Below are positions 49,988-59,015 of a DNA stretch of 64,000 nt, in pieces. Each line of letters starts with the position of its first letter. Position 1 is the stretch's first letter. The notes below the pieces were generated by a model. It did not search any database. It was not told the DNA's origin and worked only from the letters and a program-made list of their open reading frames with translations. The position numbers and the translations under genes were made by a program. The stretch comes from Candidatus Woesearchaeota archaeon (GTDB taxonomy: Archaea > Nanobdellota > Nanobdellia > Pacearchaeales > GW2011-AR1): contig CAZEYD010000004.1 of NCBI GenBank assembly GCA_964516745.1, forward strand, positions 7,972 through 71,971. Direction: 5' to 3'.

Positions 49988-50272
49988 TTATTGAAAAATT
50001 GAATTATATTTCTTTTTATGCTTATAATGTTTTTTTTCTTTTTCTGAAACTATTATTTCTAGCGGACCAATTTGTTCAAATTTTTCAGATTCTGGATCCC
50101 AGGATGGATCATGATCTTTTTTTAACATATCGATATTTTTCCTATAACCGATAGCATCTTCTGAGCTGATAAAATATGCATTATGAATATTTTCTGTTAC
50201 GGAATTAAGAATGCGATTCCATCCATCTTCTTGAAATTTGGTATCTCTTTTGATTTCTGTATATGTCTTCAT
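49988..50272 (-). CDS. Small orphan protein, paralog of 45392-45640
   Basis: Start set at ATG 50272 by alignment with the paralog and their shared promoter. Confidence 0.7.
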   Translation of the reverse strand: MKTYTEIKRDTKFQEDGWNRILNSVTENIHNAYFISSEDAIGYRKNIDMLKKDHDPSWDPESEKFEQIGPLEIIVSEKEKKHYKHKKKYNSIFQ

Positions 50273-50379
50273 AGAATTTTTACTGAAAAACGGTTTATAA
50301 ATTGTTATATTCAGTTTTAAATCGGTTTGACAGGACGAAGTGTTAGTCTTATGGGTGGAAGAATAAGTTTCATTTCTAA

Positions 50380-50395
50380 ATTTGGTATACCAAAT
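50380..50395. promoter_or_regulatory. Perfect 16-bp palindrome ATTTGGTATACCAAAT, candidate operator
   Basis: Lies in the divergent intergenic region upstream of a wHTH gene. Confidence 0.45.
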
Positions 50396-50486
50396 GTCTC
50401 TACTAAACACTGACGATTTTAGTAAACAAAACTTATAAGCTAATGAAGACTTGAATATATACATTAAATAGTATATAATACATAAT

Positions 50487-50753
50487 ATGGAAATAAATTT
50501 AAATTTGTTCTTTAGAAAAAAGCCAGCAATGATGTTGATTGCTTTGAAGAAGGTGAGTAGAGCTAAATATGGTTCTCAATTGGCAAAAGAAATCGATTGT
50601 ACATATTCTCATGCTGTAAAAATTTTACAAACATTAGAAGAGATTGGACTTGTTTCTTTTGAAAAAACGGGAAGAATCAAGATAATTAATTTGACTAAGA
50701 AAGGTGCTGATGTAGCAACTCACATAGAAGCAATAAAAAATATAGTTGAATAA
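50487..50753 (+). CDS. Winged-helix DNA-binding protein (MarR-like)
   Basis: SQLAKEIDCTYSHAVKIL...GLV..EKTGR...LTKKG. Confidence 0.88.
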   Translation: MEINLNLFFRKKPAMMLIALKKVSRAKYGSQLAKEIDCTYSHAVKILQTLEEIGLVSFEKTGRIKIINLTKKGADVATHIEAIKNIVE

Positions 50754-50794
50754 ACCCAATAGTAAATGGAAGGTTTAATAAATAACTCTAAATC

Positions 50795-50840
50795 GGGCAT
50801 TCCCTCCTATTTAACCAGTTGGGGTGCTTTTTATTTTTTA
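50795..50840 (+). terminator. GC-rich hairpin plus T-tract (terminator or small RNA)
   Basis: GGGCATTCC pairs with GGGGTGCTT using G-U pairs; TTTATTTTTT follows. Confidence 0.45.
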
Positions 50841-50935
50841 TTGACGCTGGTTTTGTGAATTTTTAGTGTAGTGTTTTTTAGGGCGTATTTTTTCATTAAG
50901 AAACATTTTTAAATATTTAAGCCAAGTTATATAGT

Positions 50936-51373
50936 ATGGTCCAAGAAGCTTCAGATTTTAAGTTGAAACAAATGACAGTTTATATTCTATTGGTCATTTT
51001 TGTTTTTACCGAAATAATAGATTTTTCTCTTGATTACTGGCTTGGAAATTCACTAATCCATTCTATTTTACAACTAATTTTATTTATTTCGCTTTTCATT
51101 ATTATCTCAAAACTTTTCTTGAGATACTCTAATAAAAGAATGAAAAAGTTAATTCCGAATGAATTAATGAATATTTTAAAAATTATTGATAATTCAAGTA
51201 AAAAAGGGATTTTGATTAATCAGAGAAAAATGAGGGAATTATTAAACATTACAAAACCGACTCTTAAGAAAAGAGTAGATATATTGTTGGAATTTAAATA
51301 TATAATCTTTGAAGAACAAGGAAATTATAGATATTTAATGCTTACAGAACTAGGAAAGTCAATTATAGGTTGA
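50936..51373 (+). CDS. Membrane-anchored winged-helix regulator
   Basis: Two TM helices followed by NQRKMRELLNITKPTLKKRV...LTELGK wHTH. Confidence 0.75.
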   Translation: MVQEASDFKLKQMTVYILLVIFVFTEIIDFSLDYWLGNSLIHSILQLILFISLFIIISKLFLRYSNKRMKKLIPNELMNILKIIDNSSKKGILINQRKMRELLNITKPTLKKRVDILLEFKYIIFEEQGNYRYLMLTELGKSIIG

Positions 51374-51455
51374 TTTTTGCCCTCTTTTTACCTTTAATTT
51401 ACTTCCTTTTTATTCCTTCTTTAAATAATATATTTCATAAGCTAATTAAAGGAAG

Positions 51456-51974
51456 ATGGAAAAGAAAGAGGCTATAAAACTAAGAAGAGAACAAGCTACA
51501 GATCTGTTTGAGCTTTATGAAGAGAAATGTGATAATTGTTTTAATGGTAACTCTAATGTTGTAAAAGACATTATGATTAGACCCGTCTTTCTCTATCCTA
51601 AAGATAATGCAAAAACCATTATGCGAAAATTGAAGAAAGAGGCCACAAATGTTTGCATAGTCGTTACTAAAGATAAGAAGTTTGTTGGAGAAATAGGGGT
51701 TGAAGATTTGGTTAAACTATTTTTACATCAAGTTAAATATGAGCCCCTAGTTCAAACATTGAATATTGGTTATAGAAGGGAATTCTTATATCAATCTGCA
51801 GGTGAATTAATAAATAAACACAATTCAACTGTAAAATCTATTGACCCCATAAATAAGGTAATTAAATTACTCTACAAGGAAGGATTCAACTACATTCCAG
51901 TATTAGATAAAAATGAGAAAGTTATTGGTGTTGTAACTCCTAGTAGTCTAATCAATTTTTTGCAAGAGAAATGA
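51456..51974 (+). CDS. CBS-pair protein
   Basis: VKDIM...KFVGEI...YIPVLD..KVIGVVT. Confidence 0.88.
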   Translation: MEKKEAIKLRREQATDLFELYEEKCDNCFNGNSNVVKDIMIRPVFLYPKDNAKTIMRKLKKEATNVCIVVTKDKKFVGEIGVEDLVKLFLHQVKYEPLVQTLNIGYRREFLYQSAGELINKHNSTVKSIDPINKVIKLLYKEGFNYIPVLDKNEKVIGVVTPSSLINFLQEK

Positions 51975-51990
51975 ACATAAATAATTAATC

Positions 51991-53670
51991 ATGGAAGTTT
52001 TTATAGAATTGAGTATAATTTTTGGGATAACCGTTCTTATTTCTGGATTTATGAAATTATTAAAGCAACCCCTTATTATTGGATATATTCTTTCAGGTAT
52101 TCTTGTTAGTCCTTATTTTTTAAATATTATTCAATCAACAGAAGCTCTCAAGGTTTTTTCTCAAATAGGAATTGCTTTACTTCTTTTTATTGTTGGTCTA
52201 AATCTGAGTCCTAAAGTTATTAAGGAGGTTGGAAAGGTGTCTCTAATAACTGGTCTTGGTCAGATTGTTTTTACATCATCATTTGGTTTTTTTATAAGTA
52301 AGTTGTTAGGTTTTTCAACAATTGTTTCATTATACATTGCAATTGCCTTGACATTTAGCAGTACAATTATCATTATGAAATTATTATCTGATAAAAAGGA
52401 CCTAGAAAAGTTATATGGAAAGATTTCTGTAGGATTTTTATTGGTTCAAGATCTTTTTGTAATAGCTCTTTTAATGATAATTTCTTCTTTTTCAGGTGGC
52501 TTAGATATTCACAGTTTATCTTTATTGAATATTGTTTATGGTCTATTATCAATTGCAGCATTCATTTTGATAAATATTTATGTTTTGCCTCGTTTGTCAA
52601 AGTTCTTTGCTAAATCTCAGGAGTTTTTATTTTTATTTTCAATAGCATGGGGCTTAGGTCTTGCAGCATTGTTTCATTTTATGGGCTTTTCAATGGAAAT
52701 TGGAGCATTAGTTGCAGGTATTGCATTTTCAATGTCACCGTTCCATTATGAAATCAGTTCAAAAATGAAACCACTAAGAGATTTCTTTATAATTTTATTT
52801 TTCATACTTTTAGGTTCTCAAATGGTTTTGGGAGATATTGCTGAATTAATTGTTCCAGCGATAATTTTTTCATTATTTATTTTAATTGGGAACCCCTTGA
52901 TTGTGATGGTTTTGATGGGAATTCTAGGTTATAAGAAAAAGACAGGGTTCCAGGCAGGTTTTACTGTAGCTCAAATAAGTGAATTTTCATTAATTTTGAT
53001 AACCTTGGGAGTCAGTGTTGGACATTTAACAGGAGAAATATTATCTCTTGTTACAATTATTGGTTTAATTACTATTTCAGGTTCAACTTACCTCGTAATG
53101 TATTCAGACAAAATGTATCCTTATCTTGCTAAGTATCTTAGTATTTTTGAAAGGAAAAAAACAATCGAAAGCGAGAAACATGTAGAAGATTATGAAGTTA
53201 TTTTATGTGGGTGTAATCGAATTGGTTATGACTTATTAGAGTCCTTTAAAAAAATAAAGAAAAAAGCTTTGGTGGTGGATTATAATCCTGAAACGATTAA
53301 TCAATTATCTAAAGAAGGAGTAGATTGTAGATATGGAGATTTAGACGATGAGGAATTTTTAAGCGAATTGAATCTTATTAAAGCTAAAATGGTTATTTCA
53401 ACAATTCCAGATTTTGAGACAAATTTATTGTTGATTAATAAAATAAAACAGTTAAATGAAAGGGCAATTGTTATGGTCACATCCCATAATCTTGAAGAAG
53501 CAGATAAATTATATGAATCTGGAGCAACATATATTATAATGCCCCATTTTTTAAGTGGGATTCAAGCATCGAAGATAATTGAGGAATATAAATTTAATAC
53601 AAATAAATTCAAAAAAGAAAAAAGAACTCATATTGAATATCTCAAAAAAAGGAAAAAGAACCCATATTGA
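51991..53670 (+). CDS. Second CPA2 (Kef-type) cation:proton antiporter with RCK domain
   Basis: Same motifs as 21236-23002 (LTFSSTIIIMKLLSDK, KSQEFL, VAQISEFSLIL). Confidence 0.92.
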   Translation: MEVFIELSIIFGITVLISGFMKLLKQPLIIGYILSGILVSPYFLNIIQSTEALKVFSQIGIALLLFIVGLNLSPKVIKEVGKVSLITGLGQIVFTSSFGFFISKLLGFSTIVSLYIAIALTFSSTIIIMKLLSDKKDLEKLYGKISVGFLLVQDLFVIALLMIISSFSGGLDIHSLSLLNIVYGLLSIAAFILINIYVLPRLSKFFAKSQEFLFLFSIAWGLGLAALFHFMGFSMEIGALVAGIAFSMSPFHYEISSKMKPLRDFFIILFFILLGSQMVLGDIAELIVPAIIFSLFILIGNPLIVMVLMGILGYKKKTGFQAGFTVAQISEFSLILITLGVSVGHLTGEILSLVTIIGLITISGSTYLVMYSDKMYPYLAKYLSIFERKKTIESEKHVEDYEVILCGCNRIGYDLLESFKKIKKKALVVDYNPETINQLSKEGVDCRYGDLDDEEFLSELNLIKAKMVISTIPDFETNLLLINKIKQLNERAIVMVTSHNLEEADKLYESGATYIIMPHFLSGIQASKIIEEYKFNTNKFKKEKRTHIEYLKKRKKNPY

Positions 53671-53692
53671 ATATTCCAAAAAAGGAAAAAGA
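53621..53692 (+). repeat. Imperfect 34-bp tandem duplication over the antiporter 3' end
   Basis: CATATTGAATAT..CAAAAAA(A)GGAAAAAGA at 53629 and 53663. Confidence 0.85.
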
Positions 53693-53813
53693 CTATGCCA
53701 TGAACATTCAAAAACCGAATTGTATTCCTTCTCAAATTCATGTTGTTAATTGTTAAACCTATTAATCTAAATGCCTCCCGGCCCTCTCAAATTGTCTAAC
53801 AGCGACGGTAAAA

Positions 53814-53841
53814 TGAGCCTACGGAGATTTGAACTCCGGTT
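53814..53841 (-). mobile_element. tRNA 3'-end remnant, probable att site of an integrated element
   Basis: Minus strand reads CGGAG-TTCAAAT-CTCCG (T-arm) then TAGGCTC-A (acceptor 3' strand and discriminator); no 5' half upstream. Confidence 0.8.
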
Positions 53842-54230
53842 TCTTTTCATAACTCCGAAGGTATTTAGTGATAAGTTACGATTATTTATTTAAAAGAAAA
53901 GCACATATGAATAATTAATATACTTATACTAAAAATAAAAAATGAAGAAATTAAAAGTTCAATTTGTTTGCAAGTATTATTTTTTTTACAAATTTGGTAA
54001 TTCTTTTTCATATAAAATTAAAACTTTAGATGTTAATAAATATTTTTATGTTATTAAAAATTAATATAATATTTAAGATATAATTATCAATTAATTTTTC
54101 ATAAAAAATAATTAAAAAAGAGCATTTTAAAAAATAAAATACTTATTCTTTAAGGAAAATTGACGGTATAAAATTTAATATCAATTTATATAATAATTTA
54201 ATTTTATTACTATTTTAAGATTCTAGATTT

Positions 54231-54272
54231 AAACATATTATATATAATATAATTATTATATATAATATGTTT
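54231..54272. repeat. Perfect 18-bp inverted repeat with 6-bp spacer
   Basis: AAACATATTATATATAAT-ataatt-ATTATATATAATATGTTT. Confidence 0.85.
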
Positions 54273-54840
54273 TTGGCCAATAGTCTTCCTAAACATTAAT
54301 CATCCAAAAAAGACCGGTATTTTCAAAAAATTATTATTGTATTTAATCTAGTCTTATTCGATTTTTTTTAAAAAAAGAGGTTATTTTTATGTTTTTATAA
54401 AAAATTATAATGTTAAAAAATGGTAATTTGACTTATTCTTTAACGAATATTTTATTAAGAAAAAATAGGCAAAATTTCAGATAAAAAACAAGAATTTTAT
54501 TTTGAATTTAAAATCAATATTAGTGTTGTTTTAAAGATATTTTTAATGAAATTTAATAGAAACTAAGGTTGTTAAATTTGTTTGTTAGTTATATTTTATA
54601 AGGATAAATAAGCTGCTAGAATAGTTAAAAATTTCTAGGTGCAGAAAATTACACAAGTCTTATAAAAATGCAATAGAGATGCTCTCATTGGCCATATCTT
54701 TCAAATTTGGGAGAAAGGAGAGGTCGTATTTTAATATCAAATACTAATATTTTGAAAGTTCAAAAAAGCAAGAATATTCAGAAATCAAATTTAATAATTT
54801 TATTTTTGAAGGAACTTATAATTCAGCAAGATTCTTTTTA

Positions 54841-55146
54841 ATGAAACTAGGAAAAAGAGTTTTGAATAAACCAATTTATTTTCATCTGTTTAGACATAGT
54901 TCTGCAACATATTATGCTTCTAAACTTAATAGACAAGAACTTTGTTATCGTTATGGTTGGAAATTTTCGAGTAATATGCCAGATGTCTATATCTCTCGTG
55001 CTGGTATGGAATCAAAAGAACTCGATGAGAAATTTGCTGCAACCGAAATTGAAATATTACAAAAGAAGCTAGAAACTCAAGAACAACAGAGATTGATTAG
55101 AAATGAAGAAATGCAAAAAAAAGATCAAAGAAGAAGTTTGGGATGA
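54841..55146 (+). pseudogene. Tyrosine recombinase/integrase C-terminal remnant
   Basis: HLFRHS (HxxR), GW and catalytic Y (PDVY); N-terminal domains and the first catalytic Arg are missing. Confidence 0.82.
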
Positions 55147-55219
55147 AGTTAAAGTTAAGTTGCAAATATTATTGGATGCTGGTGAAATTGTTATGAAATA
55201 AGATATTTAAGAGTTCTTT

Positions 55220-55957
55220 TTAATCTTCATTAGTCAACCAAGAATTATAACCTAAAGGAGATTCATTTAATTCATCTCTTAATAATTTCCATTTAGGTAT
55301 TAATTTTTCTAATTTTTTTATGAAATTTAAATTATGATTTCTCTCTGAAAAATGTATCATCTCATGTGCTATAACATACTCTATACATCTAATATGTTTT
55401 TTAGCAAGTTCTAAATTTATCCATATTCTTTTTTTTTCTGAATTACATGTTCCCCATTTTGTTTTCATTTTTCTGATTTTGAAATCTTCTACCTTTATTC
55501 CAAGTTTTTTTTCGAATTTTTTTATTATAGGAATAGAAATCTTATAAAGTTCATCTCGATACCATTTTTCTAATATTTTTTCTTTTAAGTGTCTAAATTC
55601 TGGGCTATTCACATGCAAATTAATTTGAGTATTATTTTTAATTTCTATTCTATTTAATTTACTTTGCTCAACTACATTCAATAAATATCTTTTACCAAGA
55701 AAATAATGACTTTCTCCAGTAATATAATCTCTTTTTGATTGTCTTTTTTGCTCTGAAAATTTCTGTTTTTGTTTTTTTATCCAAGAAATTTTAGAAATTG
55801 CAAATAATCTTATTGACTCGTCAGATGTTTTTAGGGGTGCTGCAATTCTTACTCTACCATTTGGTGGATAAACTCCTAGATGTAAATTTTTAATATTCTT
55901 TCTTAATGTTGTTATTTCTATGTTACTAACAATAATTTTCTTAGAATTAGTACTCAT
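55220..55957 (-). CDS. YgjP/DUF45 (M48-like) metal-dependent hydrolase associated with type I R-M
   Basis: MKTKWGTC and YVIAHEMIH (HExxH); overlaps the hsdR stop. Confidence 0.9.
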   Translation of the reverse strand: MSTNSKKIIVSNIEITTLRKNIKNLHLGVYPPNGRVRIAAPLKTSDESIRLFAISKISWIKKQKQKFSEQKRQSKRDYITGESHYFLGKRYLLNVVEQSKLNRIEIKNNTQINLHVNSPEFRHLKEKILEKWYRDELYKISIPIIKKFEKKLGIKVEDFKIRKMKTKWGTCNSEKKRIWINLELAKKHIRCIEYVIAHEMIHFSERNHNLNFIKKLEKLIPKWKLLRDELNESPLGYNSWLTNED

Positions 55958-58900
55958 CTTGTTCTTCTACCAATTTCAATACATTATCTGCATCAACTTC
56001 ATTTTGTAATTTGAATTTTTTAATTGCTTTTACTATTCCATTTTTTAGTTGTTTAGTTTTTATTTTATTACTTCTCCAACCATCTGTTTTGTATTCTGCA
56101 ATGTTTTCATGTAAAGTCATAACAAAAGAGTCATCTTTTACAAAATTATCATATAATGCCCTTTTTGCATTTGAGTTCATAGACTTAGGATAATCTTTTG
56201 AGCTGGAAGGGTTTTTCACGTTTTTAATTAATTCGATAATTTTTTGTAAATATTTTGAATAATTGAAACTTGCTTTTTTTCTTTCTAGAATTAATTCTTC
56301 AAGAAGTGTTGACATATTATCATAATATTTAGGATTTGTTGGTTTTTCATCAGTAATTAATCTTCTTACGTTATTTTCAATTACTTCTGCAACAGCTTCT
56401 TTATTTTTTCTAATATTTTGAGGTAATTGTTCAATTGCTGATTCTCCATTTTTAATGATTAAATCTAGTAAAGTAATATTATCAAATGCAGATATAATTT
56501 TACTTTCATCAGCATCAATATATGTATCAATTAAATGACGCATTGCAGGTTCATATGCTTTAAGATCAATATGTTCTCTACTTGTTATTTTTATTAACAT
56601 TCTAATATCAGTATAATATTTTATTTCTTTTTTTATTTTATCTGCTTGAGATTTAATGTAACCTGCTTCAATCATTTCATTTGCAAGATTTGCATATGCT
56701 CGTACTAATTTTGAGGTTAATTTGTATAATGAAACTCTTTTTTCTTTATTATTTTCTAAATCTTCCTCATTTTGTGGATTTCCACAAAAATATTTTTGGA
56801 ATGCTGGTTCATCCTTAGGAGCTTTTACTGGTTCACATAATGCTTTTATACTTTCCAATGCATTGTCTAAATTTTCTTTGGAAGTATCTAATCTGTTCTT
56901 TAATAGTCCTTTTACATCATTTGAATCATATCCATCAAATGCACCAGTAGTATAATCTTTAAGAGCAGAATCTATACTATTGAATAAGTCTTTGTAATCT
57001 ATAACATATCCATAATCTTTATCTTCACCATCTAATCTATTAACTCTACAAATTGCTTGAAATAAACCATGGTCTTGCATGCTTTTATCTATATACAAAT
57101 ATGTTGCAGGGGGAGCATCAAAACCAGTAAGTAATTTATCTACAACTATCAATAATTTCATTTGACCTGGTTCTTCTACAAATTTCTTTTTTATAACATC
57201 TTCAAAACCACTTGTTTTAATTTCTGGATAAATCTCAGTATAATATGCTATCATTTTTTGATAGATTTCATATTTTTGTATATTTTCAGTATCTTCCTCA
57301 TCATCACCAGTAGATTCTCCTTTAATATCGCTAATGTGTGGGTCATAAGAAGTTATAATTGCACATTTTCTTAGACCTTGTTTTTGAAAAATCTCATAAT
57401 ATTTACAAGCTTCATAAATACTTCCTGCAACTAATAATGCATTACCTTTTCCACTTTGCAGTCTATCTTTGGTCGCTATATCAAGCATAATATCTGCAAC
57501 AATACGATTTAATCTTGACTGAGAACTGAGAACTTTTTGCATAGTTCCCCATTTCTTTTTTAATTCAGTTTTTGCATAATCTGTTAATCCTTTTGTTTTT
57601 GCATCAAACCAAGCATCAATTTTTTCCTGTGAAGTTAATTTTTGATCAATATTTCGTGCTTCATATTGTAAGTCTAAGATTACTTTATCTCTTACAGCTT
57701 CATCAAATTTGTAGGTGTGAATATTTTTTCCAAACACTTCCATACTTGTTTTTTTATCTGTTTTTAATAAAGGAGTTCCTGTAAAACCAATAAACAATGA
57801 ATTAGGCAAAATTTCTATCATTGCATCATGTAATTTTCCTGATTGTGTTCTGTGACATTCATCAACAAATACATAGATATCTCCTTTTTCTTTGAAATTT
57901 TTTGGAAGATTATTTCTAAGTTCTTTAATATATTCGTCATAACTTGCTTTTGATTTTGTACCAAATTTATGAACTAAAGAACACATTATTGGTTTTTCTT
58001 TTGAGTTAAGAGTATTAATTAAATCTTTGCAACTTTTTGTTCTATAAATTTTCTCTTCAACTCCAACAAAAAATCTTTCTATCTGTTTATCTAACTCATC
58101 TCTATCAGTTATTATTAGAACTCTTGAATCATTTATGTTTTCTTTAATCCATTTAGCAAGCCAAATCATAGTAAGACTTTTCCCACTACCTTGAGTGTGC
58201 CAAATGATTCCGCCCTCTCTTCTTTTTATATATTTTTGAGATTCTATTACTCCAAAATATTGATTATGTCTGCAAATCTTTTTTGTTCCAGAATCAAAAA
58301 CAATAAAATCATGAATTACTTCTAAGATTCTTTCTTTCTTATATAAGTTTGATAAGTCTTTATCTAATTTGTATTTTAATGGACTATCTTCTTTCCATTC
58401 TGAATAATATTTTTCAGGAGTTTCTATAAGACCATATCTTAATCCTTCAGAATTATTTCCAGCCATAACTAATTGAATAGTATTGAAAAATGATTTAATG
58501 AATTGAGCTTTTTGATTATCTATGTTTTGTCTAATTCCTTCAGAAACTGTGATTGTACTTTTCTTTAATTCTAAAACGCCTAATGCAATTCCATTTACGT
58601 AAATTACAATATCAGGTCTTTTGTTATGTTGTCCGTTTATGGTAACTTCTTCTGCTATGTAGAAATCATTATTTTTTGGATTTTTCCAGTCTATGAAGAA
58701 TACATCTTGTTTATTTTTATCAACAGATTCTTTTATTTTTGCTCCATATCTAAGCATTGAATAAATATCTTTATTTACATCATATAATGATCTTAAATTG
58801 TTTTCTGCAAGTTTCTTTAATTCATAAATTGCTTTTTTAATTAGTATTTGAGAGTATTTTTGTTTTTTTAAGAATTTGATTAAGAGTTCTTCTTCAATAT

Positions 58901-59015
58901 TGCTATTATTTTGTCTTTCTTCATAGTTTCCTAAGTAAATGTAATCTAATTCTTCTTGGAATAATTTTATTATTCTGTCTTGAGTTTTCCTTTCCCTTTG
59001 ACCTATTTCTGACAT
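55947..59015 (-). CDS. hsdR: Type I restriction endonuclease subunit R
   Basis: RPD...ELK nuclease, HTQGSGKS, DECH, FTGTP, LTGFDAP, QAICRVNR. Confidence 0.97.
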   Translation of the reverse strand: MSEIGQRERKTQDRIIKLFQEELDYIYLGNYEERQNNSNIEEELLIKFLKKQKYSQILIKKAIYELKKLAENNLRSLYDVNKDIYSMLRYGAKIKESVDKNKQDVFFIDWKNPKNNDFYIAEEVTINGQHNKRPDIVIYVNGIALGVLELKKSTITVSEGIRQNIDNQKAQFIKSFFNTIQLVMAGNNSEGLRYGLIETPEKYYSEWKEDSPLKYKLDKDLSNLYKKERILEVIHDFIVFDSGTKKICRHNQYFGVIESQKYIKRREGGIIWHTQGSGKSLTMIWLAKWIKENINDSRVLIITDRDELDKQIERFFVGVEEKIYRTKSCKDLINTLNSKEKPIMCSLVHKFGTKSKASYDEYIKELRNNLPKNFKEKGDIYVFVDECHRTQSGKLHDAMIEILPNSLFIGFTGTPLLKTDKKTSMEVFGKNIHTYKFDEAVRDKVILDLQYEARNIDQKLTSQEKIDAWFDAKTKGLTDYAKTELKKKWGTMQKVLSSQSRLNRIVADIMLDIATKDRLQSGKGNALLVAGSIYEACKYYEIFQKQGLRKCAIITSYDPHISDIKGESTGDDEEDTENIQKYEIYQKMIAYYTEIYPEIKTSGFEDVIKKKFVEEPGQMKLLIVVDKLLTGFDAPPATYLYIDKSMQDHGLFQAICRVNRLDGEDKDYGYVIDYKDLFNSIDSALKDYTTGAFDGYDSNDVKGLLKNRLDTSKENLDNALESIKALCEPVKAPKDEPAFQKYFCGNPQNEEDLENNKEKRVSLYKLTSKLVRAYANLANEMIEAGYIKSQADKIKKEIKYYTDIRMLIKITSREHIDLKAYEPAMRHLIDTYIDADESKIISAFDNITLLDLIIKNGESAIEQLPQNIRKNKEAVAEVIENNVRRLITDEKPTNPKYYDNMSTLLEELILERKKASFNYSKYLQKIIELIKNVKNPSSSKDYPKSMNSNAKRALYDNFVKDDSFVMTLHENIAEYKTDGWRSNKIKTKQLKNGIVKAIKKFKLQNEVDADNVLKLVEEQDEY

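Noticed and set aside
50273..50464. N-terminal extension of the 158-aa ORF 49988-50464
   Set aside because: Paralog alignment and the shared TATA box place the start at 50272; the extension covers promoter DNA.
53771..53790. GC-rich ATGCCTCCCGGCCC as a second tRNA or structural RNA remnant
   Set aside because: No T-loop or D-loop consensus on either strand.
53814..53890. Complete tRNA gene
   Set aside because: Only the T-arm and 3' acceptor strand are present; no D-arm, anticodon arm or 5' strand, so the isotype cannot be assigned.
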